From positions 28,830,001 to 28,894,000 of the forward strand of contig OZ024751.1 in the NCBI GenBank assembly GCA_964016885.1: a DNA stretch of 64,000 nt. Direction: 5' to 3'. Position numbers and translations under genes: made by a program. The notes under the pieces are model-generated. The model searched no databases. It was not told the origin of the DNA and worked only from the letters and a program-made list of their open reading frames with translations. The stretch is from Eledone cirrhosa (Eukaryota). Below, piece after piece: positions 60,566-64,000 of this stretch; position 1 is the stretch's first letter; the number at the start of each line of letters is the position of its first letter.

Positions 60566-60644
60566 CACATATACATATATATATAAATATATATATATAG
60601 TGACGAAACATAAGTCAATTGCATGAACTGATAATCCTTTATTT

Positions 60645-60700
60645 ACTGCTATATATATTTCGATGATAGCCATTGAATGGCTATGACCTCATCAGGCAGT
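60645..60700 (-). ncRNA. Minimal type-I hammerhead ribozyme (best-preserved copy)
   Basis: Minus strand actgc-CTGATGA-ggtcatagccattcaatggctatcatc-GAAA-tatata-TA-gcagt; perfect 5-bp stem I, long stem II (atagccat/atggctat). Confidence 0.8.
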
Positions 60701-60763
60701 TAGTCAGTTCTTAGATATACCAGCTCTGTGTTTATAGTGTTGATGGTATCAGAGCCTTGGGAA

Positions 60764-60812
<49 letters not shown>

Positions 60813-61051
60813 AACGAGTAGGACCCCGACGGCTGAGCTCAAGCCGTTTCGACGGCTAATTCTCGTTCCTATTACCCACTCTACTACCCTAAGTATTGAG
60901 TACTTTGGTGCGTTATGGTCCACCTGGTTCCTTACCACATTTCCTTCGTTATATATATATATACATGTGTGTGTGTGTGTTTAATGGCAGCTATGATGCT
61001 TCCATAGGCGGTATGCCAGTTGAGCACTCTATGTTCTTACAGAGCAGTTAT

Positions 61052-61086
<35 letters not shown>

Positions 61087-61332
61087 ATTGTAGAAATGAC
61101 TTCTACAGGACTAGAACTGTTACATTCTTAAGAAATCATTAGTGCAGGAGACAACATGGAATTGAAAGGGTCAGTGACGCTATACAGCGTATCCCCCTTC
61201 TCCTCTGTCAGTCAGCCAGATAATTACGTTAAAGTCTGTGGAACCACCCAGCTGGAAGAGTCTTTGAGGAAACCCGCGAAAAATTCTTCTACATATATAC
61301 TCACACATACTTACATTTACAGACACACACAG

Positions 61333-61386
<54 letters not shown>

Positions 61387-61463
61387 TTATATATAGACAC
61401 AAATAGACATACATACAGTTATTACATGTATTTAGGTACACGACTATAAACTTATATATATAT

Positions 61464-61510
<47 letters not shown>

Positions 61511-61517
<7 letters not shown>

Positions 61518-61939
61518 CAGGAAAGAAGGTTTACATGGTTTGCTATACAAAAAAGTTTTTAATCACATAGCTTACATTTGTTTCACTGAACTGGTCTGTC
61601 TAGAGATCGCTATCCGCCTAATTTTGCGTCACTCGATCGCCAATACAGAATTATAACCAGTCAGATCTTCGGAGCATGCGAGAATGAAGAAAATACACAG
61701 GCAAGAAAAGAATGCTATAACTACTCCATATTTTCTTTTCTTTTCTTGCCTGTGTATTTTCTTCATTCTCGCATGCTCCGAAGATCTGACTGGTTATAAT
61801 TCTGTATTGGCGATCGAGTGACGCAAAATTAGGCGGATAGCGATCTCTAGACAGACCAGTTCAGTGAAACAAATGTAAGCTATGTGATTAAAAACTTTTT
61901 TGTATAGCAAACCATGTAAACCTTCTTTCCTGATTTATT
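61511..61939. repeat. ~202-bp-arm fold-back inverted repeat, each arm carrying a hammerhead-like fold with expanded stem II
   Basis: 61511-61712 is the reverse complement of 61738-61939 (25-nt loop). Plus arm 61772-61884 reads catgct-CCGAAGA-tctgactggtt...gaccagttcagt-GAAA-caaatg-TA-agctatg. Confidence 0.9.
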
Positions 61940-62105
61940 ATTACTCCAAGTGTTTACAACATAGGAAATACAGCATACCCGCAGCATCACTATGAAAACG
62001 CCTTGTTGAGTCAAACCAAGCCAAGCGTTAATATCATCCACTACCTGGAATACCATAACTGGACTTCACCTAAGTGGACTGCATTTAACTATTATTTGTT
62101 AATCC

Positions 62106-62165
<60 letters not shown>

Positions 62166-62238
62166 GTTATTCCGGGTTGAATCGGAGGTAACCACAGTAA
62201 GTAAGGTACTCAATACATTGCAGAGTATAAAAGTTTTA

Positions 62239-62354
62239 ATATAGATGAGATTCTACAGGACTAGAACTGTTTCATTCTTTAGAAATCATCAGGAATCGAT
62301 GAGATTCCTGATGATTTCTAAAGAATGAAACAGTTCTAGTCCTGTAGAATCTCA

Positions 62355-62361
<7 letters not shown>
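62239..62361. repeat. Fold-back palindrome of a hammerhead-core cassette (family A)
   Basis: 59-bp arms, 5-nt loop. Each arm has CTGATGA-tttctaaagaat-GAAAC-agttcta-GTC-ctgtag. Other family A copies at ~2524, ~6085, ~25871-25990, ~61091-61148 and ~63005-63212. Confidence 0.85.
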
Positions 62362-62405
<44 letters not shown>

Positions 62406-62456
62406 GTGTGTGTGTGGATATATATATATATACATCCATACACATGTCTAACTATC

Positions 62457-62502
<46 letters not shown>

Positions 62503-62574
62503 CGAAGGCAATGTGGTAAGGAACCAAGTGGACCATAACGCACCAAAGTACTCAATACTTAGGGTAGTAGAGTG

Positions 62575-62639
<65 letters not shown>

Positions 62640-62829
62640 TTATTCAAAAAAGACACCAAATACATTAATACATCAAATGGTGATTAACGAACGATTCATC
62701 CCCTCCTGGGACTTGAAACACGATATACATTTATGTTTGCAAAAAAGTTAAGAAAAATAAGAAAGCAATCGGCCCAGTACAATGAAAAAATATATTAATT
62801 TAATGCTTGATATAGCAGGGATATGTGTG

Positions 62830-62879
<50 letters not shown>

Positions 62880-62970
62880 GGATTGTTCGATACATAGGTA
62901 AAGGAACACGTGTATTTACGTTTTTTATGTTATATACGCATAACCTGATGCATTTCCCGCACACGCAGTC

Positions 62971-63002
<32 letters not shown>

Positions 63003-63210
63003 TCAATATAGAAATGGCTTCTACAGGACTAGCAGTGTTTCATTCGAAGGAAATCATACCCTTTTTAAGGCAGTTTGTTACACACGTTTGCAAACATACA
63101 CATACACATAGTCCTGTAGACGCCATTTCTATATTAAATTATTCATGCTCTGCTATGTATTGAGTACCTTATATACTCTGTTTACCCCCCCCCCCTCGAT
63201 TGAACCTTGG

Positions 63211-63256
<46 letters not shown>

Positions 63257-63681
63257 CATACATACATGCTGCTTTGTATTTATATAAATATATACACTGG
63301 CCGAATAAAAAGAATTAGATTCCAGTTATGGAGTTATGGACAAACCGTTTTATTTATGTGAATCGAACTCACAACCTTACGATAGTGAACCGAGCCCAGC
63401 CTAACACCTTAACTATTAAATTACGTCCCTGTCTCTGGGTAGACTGACGAAAAATATAAACAAACAACTCAACTCTCCGTTGGAATGAGAAGATTGCTCT
63501 CATTATAAACATTTATCGGCGAAAGTAAGGAAATAGAAATGAAATGAAGCGATGTGATATAATGTGATATTAAAAGTGATGTTAAGTTTGTAAATACAAT
63601 ATATTTTTCGGACATTTTTATGTATTTTCTTCAGAACAAGTTTCATGACTATGTCGGTAAAGTATAAATAAAACAGACCAT

Positions 63682-63951
63682 CAGGGGCAGTGGAACTGCT
63701 GGGGGTGGTGGGTGTTGTGGACAAGAGGACCATGGTCCCCCCAATAATTATATTTTTCTCCCCAAACTACCAAAATACGCATCTATTTGTATATACACTA
63801 CAATTTATGTACATGTTATGTTTATCGCATATCGAAGTTTTTTTTAATATATATCTTGGTTGATATTTGATAACAGCTAAACTAATCACTACAACTAAAT
63901 TGACCAAATTTGTCCCCCACCCCCAATCCAGAAATTCTTCCACTGCCCCTG
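63682..63951. mobile_element. hAT-like MITE
   Basis: Perfect 14-bp TIR CAGGGGCAGTGGAA / TTCCACTGCCCCTG; no clear 8-bp TSD. Confidence 0.55.
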
Positions 63952-64000
63952 CTATGACTTGAAACCTTGACACCTTAACTATCAGACGAGGAAAAGCGAG

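Overview
Eukaryotic, extremely (TA)n/(CA)n-microsatellite-rich DNA. The SINE repertoire and repeat landscape look like an octopus/coleoid cephalopod genome (inference). The only host gene is a minus-strand ONECUT (HNF6-class) transcription factor. One large coding exon (21494-20030) carries Gly/Asn/Ala homopolymers, the TP box and a complete CUT domain, and ends at the conserved phase-1 GT donor. The homeodomain exon was not found, so the next intron probably runs >20 kb past position 1. Almost all other ORFs in the track are microsatellite artefacts. The rest is tRNA-derived SINEs, MITEs, fragments of Tx1/L1, RTE and R4/Dong LINEs (including a three-layer nested insertion with an 11-bp TSD) and satellites. 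The most notable unexplained structure is a dense set of short non-coding cassettes in or beside (TA)n tracts. They carry minimal type-I hammerhead ribozyme folds (186-250, 26435-26480, 44514-44579, 44926-44961, 60645-60700, 62308-62346, plus a long-stem-II variant at 61772-61884), and several related cassettes form long head-to-head fold-back palindromes. This resembles non-autonomous Penelope-like/retrozyme-type elements. All folds were read by eye; repeat boundaries are approximate.
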